From positions 32,001-96,000 of the IMG/VR virus record IMGVR_UViG_3300027969_002881: DNA of 64,000 bases; one strand, given 5' to 3'. The notes below the pieces were generated by a model. It did no database searches. It saw nothing but the letters and a program-made list of their open reading frames with translations, and was not told the origin of the DNA. The translations under genes and the position numbers were made by a program. Below, in pieces: positions 46,283 to 55,706 of this stretch; the first letter of the stretch is position 1; every line of letters starts with the position of its first letter. This DNA comes from a virus.

Positions 46283-46825
46283 TTAATTAGCAGAATATAA
46301 TTCAGGATATTCAACCAACACATGAATACCTTTTTGTTCGGTGGCTGTTTTATAAGCAGTGGAAATGTCTAAGGGGTTTTTTAAATCATAAAACTTAGTG
46401 TTTGGGCACATACTTTTAAATTCTTCAAAGTAGCTACCTTTATGTTGATGTCCAGGATCTAAGGGCTTGTCGCTGCCTTTGCCCAATCTAATCAATACAT
46501 GAGCTTCTTTGCCAGTCATTAATTCAAATTTGTCCAAGTGATTCACTAATTGATTTGTTGCGCTGATAACAAAATCCCATCTTGGATAAAAGCTAACAAC
46601 TGTTTTGCCGGCCATCGCCAAGCCTAAACTCATACCCATTTGTGTTTCTTCCATTACGGGGAGTTCAATCATTTTGTCCTTAGGCACATTGCCTAATGTT
46701 GTGCTCATTGGATTACCTGCGTAAACAATCTGTTGTCCAATAAAAAGAATATTGTCGTTAGCCGCTAGTACTGTCATAGCGGCAGTCAGTGCATCTTTAT
46801 ATGGCGTTAGTTGTGGTGTTGTCAT
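46283..46825 (-). CDS. ThDP-dependent E1 beta/transketolase pyrimidine-binding subunit (truncated, 180 aa)
   Basis: ELPVMEETQMGMSLGLA, DFVISATNQLVN, PGHQH. Confidence 0.85.
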   Translation of the reverse strand: MTTPQLTPYKDALTAAMTVLAANDNILFIGQQIVYAGNPMSTTLGNVPKDKMIELPVMEETQMGMSLGLAMAGKTVVSFYPRWDFVISATNQLVNHLDKFELMTGKEAHVLIRLGKGSDKPLDPGHQHKGSYFEEFKSMCPNTKFYDLKNPLDISTAYKTATEQKGIHVLVEYPELYSAN

Positions 46826-46826
46826 T

Positions 46827-47687
46827 TTAAATTTCTCTTTCTAAATGTTTTATTATATTGTCTGCTATTACACGATGGCATTTCTTAGATGGGTGAAGAT
46901 CTCCTGGAGTAACTTCGAACTCATTGACATCCCAATATATAGTAAGTTCAGGGTTAGTGTATCCTCTGAATTGATTATATTTGTCTTCCATCATATGTTC
47001 TATGCTAGGATAGTTATTGCCGTTGTAGTCGAATTTAATCATCCTACTTCTCAGCCAATCATCTTGTTCAATATATTTAACAAGGTCCATGGGCCAGCTC
47101 ATTACATAAACTTTAACACCGTTGTCAGTGAAAGTTTGTAAAAATTCTTTGACATCTTGTATTTCTTTTTTCGTGGCACGATCAATATATTTGTCCAATG
47201 TTAAGTTATTGTCTACTAACCATTGCGGAAAGATTGGATTATTCATTACTTCATTATGAGTTACTTCATACAATGAGTCCAACCTAGTAAAGCTTTTTGC
47301 TCGCGGCCATTGCGTAAACTGATAAAATACATGACTTACATCTTCATAATTATACGTAGGAGGGGTAGCGGGATGATTACCTTTATTTTTTTCTGGATCT
47401 GTTTTATCCATAAAACATCGTCTCCACCAATCATGTATACTATAGCTGGCGCCGCCATTCCATGGTTGGCAAAGTTCAAATGTGTTAAAATGATTTGCCA
47501 CGAATCTAGGAAATCTAATGGACTTCATATATTCGATATGCGTGTCTTTAACTAGTTCAACTTTGTAGTGATTCAATGGAGGTTCCTCTAGTGTAGACAT
47601 ATTTGAATAATAATACAAACCTTGCCCCCATGTAAAGCTACATCCAGCAAAAATCATTCCCTTAGTAACTGGGCTCTGGCTTTTCAT
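46827..47687 (-). CDS. SGNH-like protein 4
   Basis: FAGCSFTWG, NGGAS, DLHPSKKCH. Confidence 0.6.
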   Translation of the reverse strand: MKSQSPVTKGMIFAGCSFTWGQGLYYYSNMSTLEEPPLNHYKVELVKDTHIEYMKSIRFPRFVANHFNTFELCQPWNGGASYSIHDWWRRCFMDKTDPEKNKGNHPATPPTYNYEDVSHVFYQFTQWPRAKSFTRLDSLYEVTHNEVMNNPIFPQWLVDNNLTLDKYIDRATKKEIQDVKEFLQTFTDNGVKVYVMSWPMDLVKYIEQDDWLRSRMIKFDYNGNNYPSIEHMMEDKYNQFRGYTNPELTIYWDVNEFEVTPGDLHPSKKCHRVIADNIIKHLEREI

Positions 47688-48103
47688 TTATTTCTATTTG
47701 GCCAACTAATTTCCCAGTCTTTAAAGTCTGCTGCCAAGCAGTCTACTTTATAGTCCTTACGTCCGCCAACGCTTTCTTGAATTACGTTTTTACTAGTATT
47801 ACGAATACCATTTAAGCCATGCGTTAATTCTAAGTTGTTGCCATCTTTAATGCCACGACGATAATTGCTTTCGTTGTGCCAAATATGTAAATTCATTTGG
47901 CTTACAACTACTATAGCGCGAATAACATCAGCAGTAACTTCTACATCTTTTTCTTCTAGTATTAGTTGAATATCATGTACAATGGCAGAAATTTCTTCAC
48001 TGTATTCTTGTTTGTGTTCAGGAATAAAAACTTCCTTAAGTTGAACGATGCTTAAACGATCGATCAAATCTCCTAGTGTATGCAAGTATTTTCTCTCAGT
48101 CAT
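47684..48103 (-). CDS. hypothetical protein (139 aa, helical)
   Basis: ORF coupled on both sides; TLGDLIDRLSIVQLKE start. Confidence 0.8.
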   Translation of the reverse strand: MTERKYLHTLGDLIDRLSIVQLKEVFIPEHKQEYSEEISAIVHDIQLILEEKDVEVTADVIRAIVVVSQMNLHIWHNESNYRRGIKDGNNLELTHGLNGIRNTSKNVIQESVGGRKDYKVDCLAADFKDWEISWPNRNK

Positions 48104-49035
48104 AAATTTGTAAAGTTCCTGTTATTGAATGGAACAGTCATTTGATATGCACTGATCAATTGCTTGATACCATAGTCCAAATCAAACATCGGTTTCCATC
48201 CTAGACTTTCTAACTTAGCGTTAGAAACTATGTAATTTCGTTTGTCGAAATCTTGTTTGAATTCATCTTGCTTAATCACTAATGCAGGAATTTGTTCTTT
48301 AATCTTTTCAGCTAATTCTAGTTTACTTATATTTGCTGTACTTAATCCTACATTGTATACTTGGCCGCGACATTTGTCATAATTATCAATCATGAATTCA
48401 AATGTACGAGCAATGTCTTGTACATGGATATAGTTACGTTTAAAGTTTGCTTCAAACAATACCATATATCCATCTACCACTGCTTTGTAAACAAAGTCAT
48501 TGACTAACAAGTCTTGGCGCATACGTGGACTTACACCAAACACAGTGGCAAGTCTTAGAATGACGCCATTACCTTTTTTAAGCACGTAATCTTCTGCGTC
48601 GCATTTAGTTTGTGCGTATAAGCTTAATGGCTTAAACGGACTTTCTTCAGTGATAATGTTTTCACTACTTCCATATTGACTATTTGTATTGGGCAATATC
48701 AGCATTTGATCATCACGCAACACATCGACGACATTTTTAATTTGTTCGTAGTTAACTTGTACCGTCAATTCTGGATTAGCTTTGCAGGCTGGCATGCCAA
48801 CAATGGCTGCCAATGGAATAACTACGTCAGCCAAGCCAACTTGCTCAGTTAATAAATCTTTATCCCTGACATCACCTGCAATGAAATGAAATTTAGGTTG
48901 TTTAAACAGATGTAATAGACTTGTTTGTTTATACATCAAGTTATCTAATACAGTAACTCGATGTCCTTTAAACAATAAATGTTCAGCTAATATGGATCCG
49001 AGATAGCCCGCTCCGCCTGTGATTAAAATTTTCAT
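48100..49035 (-). CDS. NAD-dependent NDP-sugar epimerase/dehydratase (extended SDR)
   Basis: TGGAGYLG, YAQTK, LRLATVFG. Confidence 0.92.
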   Translation of the reverse strand: MKILITGGAGYLGSILAEHLLFKGHRVTVLDNLMYKQTSLLHLFKQPKFHFIAGDVRDKDLLTEQVGLADVVIPLAAIVGMPACKANPELTVQVNYEQIKNVVDVLRDDQMLILPNTNSQYGSSENIITEESPFKPLSLYAQTKCDAEDYVLKKGNGVILRLATVFGVSPRMRQDLLVNDFVYKAVVDGYMVLFEANFKRNYIHVQDIARTFEFMIDNYDKCRGQVYNVGLSTANISKLELAEKIKEQIPALVIKQDEFKQDFDKRNYIVSNAKLESLGWKPMFDLDYGIKQLISAYQMTVPFNNRNFTNL

Positions 49036-50024
49036 GGTTTGCTATTTGGATCGTATTGGTCTTTGTTGGTTTTATACCATCTCATTGCATTGTGTAATGC
49101 ATCGCGTAGTTCGTATTTTGGTTTCCAGCCCAATGCGTTAATTTTCTCTGAACTTAACAATCTCACTGAGATCATGAATGCTTTGTTATTAACATATTCA
49201 ATGGGATTTTCATTATTATCCAACTCTCTAAGCATGTGAAGCACTTCATTCACTGTATAACCTTTTCCATAGCATACATTATATATATCATACTTGTCAA
49301 CATTTTCTGCAACAAATACAATGCCGTCTGCCATGTCTTCAACGTGTAGTAAGTCACGAACATCTTTGCCGTCGCCCCATACTGGAATAGGATTTAATCC
49401 GTCTGCTACTTTACGAATACTAGCAGGTGTTACGTGACACTTTTCATAGTCAAACTTATCATTGGGACCAAACGCATTACTAGGACGAATGATAACGCAT
49501 TGCATTGGATTATGAATCTGATTACTGAAAAAATCACATAATGCTTCACTGTAACGCTTCATACCACCCACAGCCTTGTATACTGGAATTAAAGGAGTGC
49601 TGTTAATATCAATGCCTTCATGACAATATTCATCACCCATGTCTGGGTATACTGTATTTGAACTAATGAATACAAATTTCTTAACGCCATTGCGCCAGCT
49701 ATGTTCCATTAAGTTTGTATTCATTTCAATGTTAGGTGTAACATGTAGTAAAGGATTAAATTTAGTGTCCAATGCGTTACTGGTATTTGCCGCGCAATGA
49801 ATAACAACATCAACGTCTTTACTGACTTTTTCACAGAACTCAGCTGTGCGTAGATCACCATGGTGATTCTCTACTGTTTCCCATCCGTAAAAGTCTTTAC
49901 GCAATGTTCTGCTATAAGTTGTACTGCGTACATTCTTATAGCCTTTTTCAAATAATGTTCTTAATATGTGGCTGCCAATAAATCCTGAGGCGCCCGTAAC
50001 TAAAATTTTGTCTGTTTTTTTCAT
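49032..50024 (-). CDS. NDP-sugar epimerase/reductase, GDP-fucose-synthase-like SDR
   Basis: TGASGFIG, RPSNAFGP, VWGDG..VRD; start reassigned to 50024. Confidence 0.85.
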   Translation of the reverse strand: MKKTDKILVTGASGFIGSHILRTLFEKGYKNVRSTTYSRTLRKDFYGWETVENHHGDLRTAEFCEKVSKDVDVVIHCAANTSNALDTKFNPLLHVTPNIEMNTNLMEHSWRNGVKKFVFISSNTVYPDMGDEYCHEGIDINSTPLIPVYKAVGGMKRYSEALCDFFSNQIHNPMQCVIIRPSNAFGPNDKFDYEKCHVTPASIRKVADGLNPIPVWGDGKDVRDLLHVEDMADGIVFVAENVDKYDIYNVCYGKGYTVNEVLHMLRELDNNENPIEYVNNKAFMISVRLLSSEKINALGWKPKYELRDALHNAMRWYKTNKDQYDPNSKP

Positions 50025-50025
50025 T

Positions 50026-51000
50026 TTATTTTCCAATATAGTTTTCTATGGTTTTCTTAATACCATCTCGCAATGTAGTTCTGGGTAACATATTATATTT
50101 ACGTTGCTTATCCGCACTTAGGCAGCGCACAGGGTCGCCATTTGTCTTTGTTTCATCCCAAATAATTTGTTTTTCTTCACCACTGATTTCTTTGTATACA
50201 TCAATGATAGTTTCAATTGTTTCTTTAATGCTAACTGCTGTACCGCAACCAAAGTTAACAATGTCTTTGACTTCTTTGGTAACTGCGTCAATACTGGCCT
50301 GAGCAACATCATCACCAAACACAAAGTCACGGCGAGCACTGCCGTTGCCCCAACATGTAATGCTATTGCCCGGAACATTTTTCAATTTCCAAATGTTAGA
50401 ACTGATAACTGTGGCATCTTCTGCAAAGTTGTCATTGATACCATAAATGTTACTTGGGCGAATAACTGTCCAATTATCCCAGCCATATTGTACTGTTAGA
50501 GATTCCAAGGTTGCTTCGCCCATGCGCTTGGTCCAGCCTGGATACCAGTCATTGCGACTGGGAGTTGTCTTCCAAACATCGTCTTCGTTCATTAGTTCAG
50601 CAGGCTGATAAACGCCCACGCTACTTAGATATACAAACCAATCTACTTTAGCATCAAACGCTGCCTTAATCATGTTAGTGTTGAACATTAACATAGGGAA
50701 CAAATAATCGCAGGGTTGTTTACTACTGCGAGCCGGACTACCTTTAACTCCGGCAATGTGTAACACAATATTAACTTCTTTCTTAAATAACTCTTCGCAG
50801 TTATGCAAATAAGTTAAATCGCAGTTAATAAACTCCACTACATTGGAATACTTGTCACATACTTCTTTTAGTTTAGGACTTTGTCTAATGTCCACAGCAT
50901 ATACTTTGCTGGCGCCTTCATGAACGCTTTTTTCAACTGCTGGTACTCCGACTAGGCCACTGGCCCCTGTTACCAATACTACTTTGTTTTCAAATTTCAT
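50026..51000 (-). CDS. NDP-sugar epimerase/reductase, GDP-fucose-synthase-like SDR
   Basis: TGASGLVG, RPSNIYG, WGNGSARRDF; start reassigned to 51000. Confidence 0.85.
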   Translation of the reverse strand: MKFENKVVLVTGASGLVGVPAVEKSVHEGASKVYAVDIRQSPKLKEVCDKYSNVVEFINCDLTYLHNCEELFKKEVNIVLHIAGVKGSPARSSKQPCDYLFPMLMFNTNMIKAAFDAKVDWFVYLSSVGVYQPAELMNEDDVWKTTPSRNDWYPGWTKRMGEATLESLTVQYGWDNWTVIRPSNIYGINDNFAEDATVISSNIWKLKNVPGNSITCWGNGSARRDFVFGDDVAQASIDAVTKEVKDIVNFGCGTAVSIKETIETIIDVYKEISGEEKQIIWDETKTNGDPVRCLSADKQRKYNMLPRTTLRDGIKKTIENYIGK

Positions 51001-52442
51001 TTTAAATACCACTTTCTTATATCGTTAAATGTTTTCTCAAATGGGTTATACTCACCAAAAGTCTTTGCATGATTGTGGTTGTATATTAAAACTTCCCTGA
51101 GCTGATAATATATATCATGTATTTCACTTAGTGATAACGCCGACAGCCTGGCAATCTCTGATTCGATTAAATTAAGCCGTTGTTTAAAATCAGTGCATTC
51201 ATCATAAGCTTCGTTGATCAATGGACTAAAAGTTTTAAACCCTAAGTCCCGTAATGTTTTTAATGTGTATGGATTACCAATTACAATAAATGGTTGTAAA
51301 TTAATAATTGGATGGTGAAATGTTTTTTCACTGATAAAAGGAAACTCGCCGCCGCCATACTCAAATGATGTTTCATTGACAATGTTAATGTATGATTCGG
51401 CAAAAAATTCTTTATTGTTATTGTTGAGATCGAAGCCATGCTTTTGATCTATAGGTAAATGAGCAGTATCAATCTCAAGCGGCAATCTAGTGGCTATAGA
51501 ATCAACCATTGATTCTAGCTCTGGAGATTCTCCTACATAATGCGCTATCGCATTATAGATTTTAAGTTTATCGGTATAATCGTGTAATGCTACAAAACTA
51601 AAAATACCATCATCTAGTAGTTTGTACTTGACTGCCATGTATGCACTTAACCAACGATGAGGTCTTTGCATATTCCTATTCATACAAATAAATCTTTTAC
51701 TGCGAATATATTCTTTGTCTAAATCTTCTGGTTTAACATAGTCAGATTTATAACCCAATGAACCGACTCTGGGATATTCATTGAACTTATCTGCTAGTTG
51801 ATTCAACACTACATAACCATTTGTTATTTTTATTTTGCTATTGGGATATGCGTCATAATGACTGTTAAATGTATTGCCTGCTATAATGACAATGTTCTTT
51901 CCGTCTATTCCGTACTGATTAAAGTATTTTTCTGTTTCTACTAAGTTTTCAGAATGTTCCATTGGATCATGAATCATGTTCAATATCAATTTAATATTAC
52001 CAGTTTGTAATCCCAACAACACCTTAGGATCTAACGTATCTATAAAGCTATATGTATATTCTACCCCATTCAACATAATTGAATAGTCGGCAAAAATTGA
52101 GTTCAATGTAAAGCAAATTTCAACAGGATAGAGATACATTGAGTTATCATATACTATCTCGTCGACAGTGATTATATTGTCAATGCCATTGGTTAGTTTG
52201 TAGTAATTATAGAAGTTTTTATGGGCCACGTGCGCCAACCATGTTGTCGAATCGTTTTGTGCTCTTAGATCATCTATTATATCTCCCTGTGATTTTGTTA
52301 CATCATCATTGAGTTTACCTAATATATAATCATTGACTACTGAAGGCAATCCGTTTATTAAAAACTCGTTGCCTTGATAATTAACATAAGAACCGCTGTA
52401 AATTATTTTTATATCGCGATTAAAGTTGTTGAATAAACTCAT
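50997..52442 (-). CDS. GT-B/exostosin-like protein, paralog X
   Basis: FICMNR...HR, YINIVNETSF, SEKTF.PIINLQPF, LGFKTF...EAYD. Confidence 0.5.
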   Translation of the reverse strand: MSLFNNFNRDIKIIYSGSYVNYQGNEFLINGLPSVVNDYILGKLNDDVTKSQGDIIDDLRAQNDSTTWLAHVAHKNFYNYYKLTNGIDNIITVDEIVYDNSMYLYPVEICFTLNSIFADYSIMLNGVEYTYSFIDTLDPKVLLGLQTGNIKLILNMIHDPMEHSENLVETEKYFNQYGIDGKNIVIIAGNTFNSHYDAYPNSKIKITNGYVVLNQLADKFNEYPRVGSLGYKSDYVKPEDLDKEYIRSKRFICMNRNMQRPHRWLSAYMAVKYKLLDDGIFSFVALHDYTDKLKIYNAIAHYVGESPELESMVDSIATRLPLEIDTAHLPIDQKHGFDLNNNNKEFFAESYINIVNETSFEYGGGEFPFISEKTFHHPIINLQPFIVIGNPYTLKTLRDLGFKTFSPLINEAYDECTDFKQRLNLIESEIARLSALSLSEIHDIYYQLREVLIYNHNHAKTFGEYNPFEKTFNDIRKWYLK

Positions 52443-53829
52443 AAACTATTTTATATGGATTAGTGTCTTTGAAACTTTCAAAGTGGTTTCTATTATGGAT
52501 TAATATGTCTGTCATTTCATAATATAACTTATGTAATTCTTCTTGACTTAATGCATTTAATTTTAATATTTCAGATTCTATCATTTGCATTCTTTTAAGA
52601 TAGTCTGTTTCTAGATCATAGCTTTCATCGATATAAGGACTAAAAGTTTTAAAACCTAGACTTTGTAAATGCCTCAATGAACCATAGTCGCCGACAAAAA
52701 TAAAAGGTTGTAGATTAATAATAGGCCTAAATGTTTTCTCTGAAAAGAAAGGGCCATTTTCTATGGGACCAAAAAAGCTTGTTTCAGACGTAATATGAAA
52801 ATAAGTATCTGCATACCATTCTTTTTTATTGTTATCAGTGACGAAACCCCTTTTTTGATCAGGTGACAATTGATCAGTATCTATCTCATAGGGTAATAAA
52901 TTTATCACTGAATTAACTTCACCATCAGAGATTGAATTAGTAGTCAATGACGTTATACTATGTCTAATATGCTCTTCATTGTCTGCTGTATTAACAAAAC
53001 TATAAATGCTGTTCTTTAATAAATCATGCTTTATTGCCATGTGTGCTAGATAATATCTATGCGTTCTCATTGACCTATTAAAGCATAAGAATTTTTTGGG
53101 TCTAATCTTCAACGGATCTAAATCATCTTCACGCATGATATCAGATTCATAGCCCAATGATGTGATTCTAGGAAACTCATTTAATCCTTTGGCCTGCTGT
53201 TGTAATGGAAGATTTCCATATGTAAAATTAGCCTTACTGTCAGGAAAATGCTGTTTATGTGTTAATAATTCATTGCCAAATATAACGATCAGGTTGGCGG
53301 CACTGATGCCTAATTTTTCCAGTCTCAATTCTATATCATTTACACTGGGTGAGTAATGTCCAGGATCATGCATATTACAGACAACAATTTTTACTTTGTT
53401 ATTCCGCAAATGATTAATTATCGGCTCTATGATTTCTTCAAATGAATAGCTAACTGTGGTGCCATCTAAATCCACTGACGTAATGTCATTCAATGCATTA
53501 ATAGATGTTGCTATTTCAATTGGAAATATGTATGTAACATTGTCATCGCCAGGGTCAATTTCATATACTGGTACAACATTGCTTGCTCCGTTGTTGTTTA
53601 AGAAATAATAATGGAAATTGCCAAGATTGTAAGCCATGTTCCAGCCAATCTTAGAATCTGCTTTAAGCAGATCTATACAATTATGCGGGTTTAACTCATT
53701 GACATCATTGATATATTTTTTATCAATGTGATTCATTACCGATTGCGGTATGCCATTGCTGAAATAAAGTCTCTCACCGTTGGGTTTAGTATATATGTGA
53801 GAGTATACTGCTTTTAAAATACGACCCAT
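52420..53829 (-). CDS. GT-B/exostosin-like protein, paralog Y
   Basis: FLCFNR...HR, YFHITSETSF, SEKTFRPIINLQPF, LGFKTF...ESYD. Confidence 0.5.
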   Translation of the reverse strand: MGRILKAVYSHIYTKPNGERLYFSNGIPQSVMNHIDKKYINDVNELNPHNCIDLLKADSKIGWNMAYNLGNFHYYFLNNNGASNVVPVYEIDPGDDNVTYIFPIEIATSINALNDITSVDLDGTTVSYSFEEIIEPIINHLRNNKVKIVVCNMHDPGHYSPSVNDIELRLEKLGISAANLIVIFGNELLTHKQHFPDSKANFTYGNLPLQQQAKGLNEFPRITSLGYESDIMREDDLDPLKIRPKKFLCFNRSMRTHRYYLAHMAIKHDLLKNSIYSFVNTADNEEHIRHSITSLTTNSISDGEVNSVINLLPYEIDTDQLSPDQKRGFVTDNNKKEWYADTYFHITSETSFFGPIENGPFFSEKTFRPIINLQPFIFVGDYGSLRHLQSLGFKTFSPYIDESYDLETDYLKRMQMIESEILKLNALSQEELHKLYYEMTDILIHNRNHFESFKDTNPYKIVYEFIQQL

Positions 53830-54443
53830 TTGCCTGTTCCATAATGCGGGAATTTGGATTTGTATTCATACCAAATCACATCTTCAGGAATATCACGTTT
53901 GTGATTCCATGTTGCTACTGTGGGTGTATTGGTAGATACTGCGTTATCCTCTACAACAAAATATAGGGGCAAATTAAAGTTTCTAGCATACTTGTGTATT
54001 TCATAAAAGACTCCGCTTTCAAAACTCATGTCTCCAATAAAACACCAAACTTTTTCATCACTGCCATTATCTTTGATTGCCTGTGCAACTCCTAGCGCAA
54101 TAGATAATGTTCCGCCCACAATGGCGCTGGAATAAAATTTATTGTCTAAGTTACATATAGTAATACTTTTACCGGCTAATATATCTTGTTCAATGACTGA
54201 AGGATCGATGCCTTTAAGTAGTGCATGGTAATGACTACGCCATGTAGAAAACACCCAATCATCTGTTTTAATTCTCTTAAAAATTTCAATTAACGGCTCT
54301 TCGTTGCCGTTTGATAAGTGTACTGGACCACGAATTTTAGCAGTTTCCCAATGGCTTACAATCTTATCCTCAAACGCAATTAAATCTTCTTTGCTTAGAG
54401 TAATTGGTCGCACAACTTCATATTTGTCAATGTTTTTAATCAT
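53814..54443 (-). CDS. ThDP-dependent E1 alpha subunit (minimal, 209 aa)
   Basis: GPVHLS, STWRSH, IVGG, GDMSFESG...VVEDN ThDP-binding motif. Confidence 0.88.
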   Translation of the reverse strand: MIKNIDKYEVVRPITLSKEDLIAFEDKIVSHWETAKIRGPVHLSNGNEEPLIEIFKRIKTDDWVFSTWRSHYHALLKGIDPSVIEQDILAGKSITICNLDNKFYSSAIVGGTLSIALGVAQAIKDNGSDEKVWCFIGDMSFESGVFYEIHKYARNFNLPLYFVVEDNAVSTNTPTVATWNHKRDIPEDVIWYEYKSKFPHYGTGKWVVF

Positions 54444-54452
54444 ATTTGTCTT

Positions 54453-55706
54453 TCATCTATCTCTTGCTTGTAACACTGGCTTATCTGTAGGCCATTCAAT
54501 ATTGACTCTCTTGTCGTTCCATTTGAGCACACCTTGATTTTTTTCATCAACATATTCTCCTGGATAAAATAAATTATAATGAAATATACAATCTGTTAAC
54601 GCATAGTGCCCGTTTGCAAAGCCTGGTGGTATTAACACTTGGTCCCGAGTGGATTCGGAGATTATATAGCTTTCCCATTTGCCATAATTAGGACTTGATT
54701 TTCTTACATCAACTAACACAAGATAAATGTCGCCCACCAACGCCTGTACTAATTTCCAAGTTTTTTTATCATAATGTAAGCCACGCAATACGCCTTGATA
54801 TGATTTGCTAAATCTCCCATGTATATTAATGTCGTTTGGTAATAATTTCATAATGGGATGAGTTTCACTATGGAATGTTGTAAATATTTCTCCTCGATAT
54901 TCTTTATAAACGCTGGGATGATATATTGGTACATCTGTGCCAAATTTATCTAGATATGAGACATCGAAAGAGTCCCACTGGCGTTGTTTATAATTTTTAC
55001 CAGTGCTAGTAGTACTGATAGTTTCTGTAGTATTATCAATTGTCATAGTTTCGTCGGTGTTGCTTGTATCATATTCTGTAAATTTAATACCATTTAAGCA
55101 ATATAATACATCGTTTTGATTTGGGTCAGACATCCTAGTATAACCTAAATTTTTTAATTCATTGTCGAACTCGTGTCTTGTTGTGCCATTTTTATAATGG
55201 CCGAATCCAGCGACTTCTACCCATATGCATTTTGGCTTAAAATTTCCCATACTGGTAATAATTTTAAATTCTGCGCCTTCGGCATCGATGTGTAACACAT
55301 CGGGCGACACATTAAACTTTTGACAAAAGCTTTCTAGTCTATAGCTTTGTACTTCATAGGGATCGCTGTATTTTTTTCCGTGTGATTCAAATGGCACATC
55401 TTCAAGTTTAAACATACTGCCTGACCATGGATGCAGATTACCAAATTGAGTAGAAGAAGGATTAAACTGAACTAATCCGTCTATGTCCGAAAATGCATAT
55501 TTAAAATAGTGAATATTAAATTTGGCAGCAAGTGGTTCATTACTCGCATGCCAATACTCAAACGGTTCAAACGCATATATTTCTGCTGTAGGAATTAATT
55601 CTCGAACTTTACGCGACGTATCTAATAAGGCGCATCCTATTTCAAAGAATACAAATTTTTCATTTGGAAAGTTTTCTTTGACCCAATTTAAATTTAAAAA
55701 GCTCAC
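54453..55706 (-). CDS. FkbM-type methyltransferase fused to RmlC-like dTDP-4-dehydrorhamnose 3,5-epimerase
   Basis: N-term FEIG, YAFEP, LHIDAEGAE; C-term VLRGLHY, DVRKSSPNYGKW, IPPGFANG; GTG start. Confidence 0.85.
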   Translation of the reverse strand: MSFLNLNWVKENFPNEKFVFFEIGCALLDTSRKVRELIPTAEIYAFEPFEYWHASNEPLAAKFNIHYFKYAFSDIDGLVQFNPSSTQFGNLHPWSGSMFKLEDVPFESHGKKYSDPYEVQSYRLESFCQKFNVSPDVLHIDAEGAEFKIITSMGNFKPKCIWVEVAGFGHYKNGTTRHEFDNELKNLGYTRMSDPNQNDVLYCLNGIKFTEYDTSNTDETMTIDNTTETISTTSTGKNYKQRQWDSFDVSYLDKFGTDVPIYHPSVYKEYRGEIFTTFHSETHPIMKLLPNDINIHGRFSKSYQGVLRGLHYDKKTWKLVQALVGDIYLVLVDVRKSSPNYGKWESYIISESTRDQVLIPPGFANGHYALTDCIFHYNLFYPGEYVDEKNQGVLKWNDKRVNIEWPTDKPVLQARDR

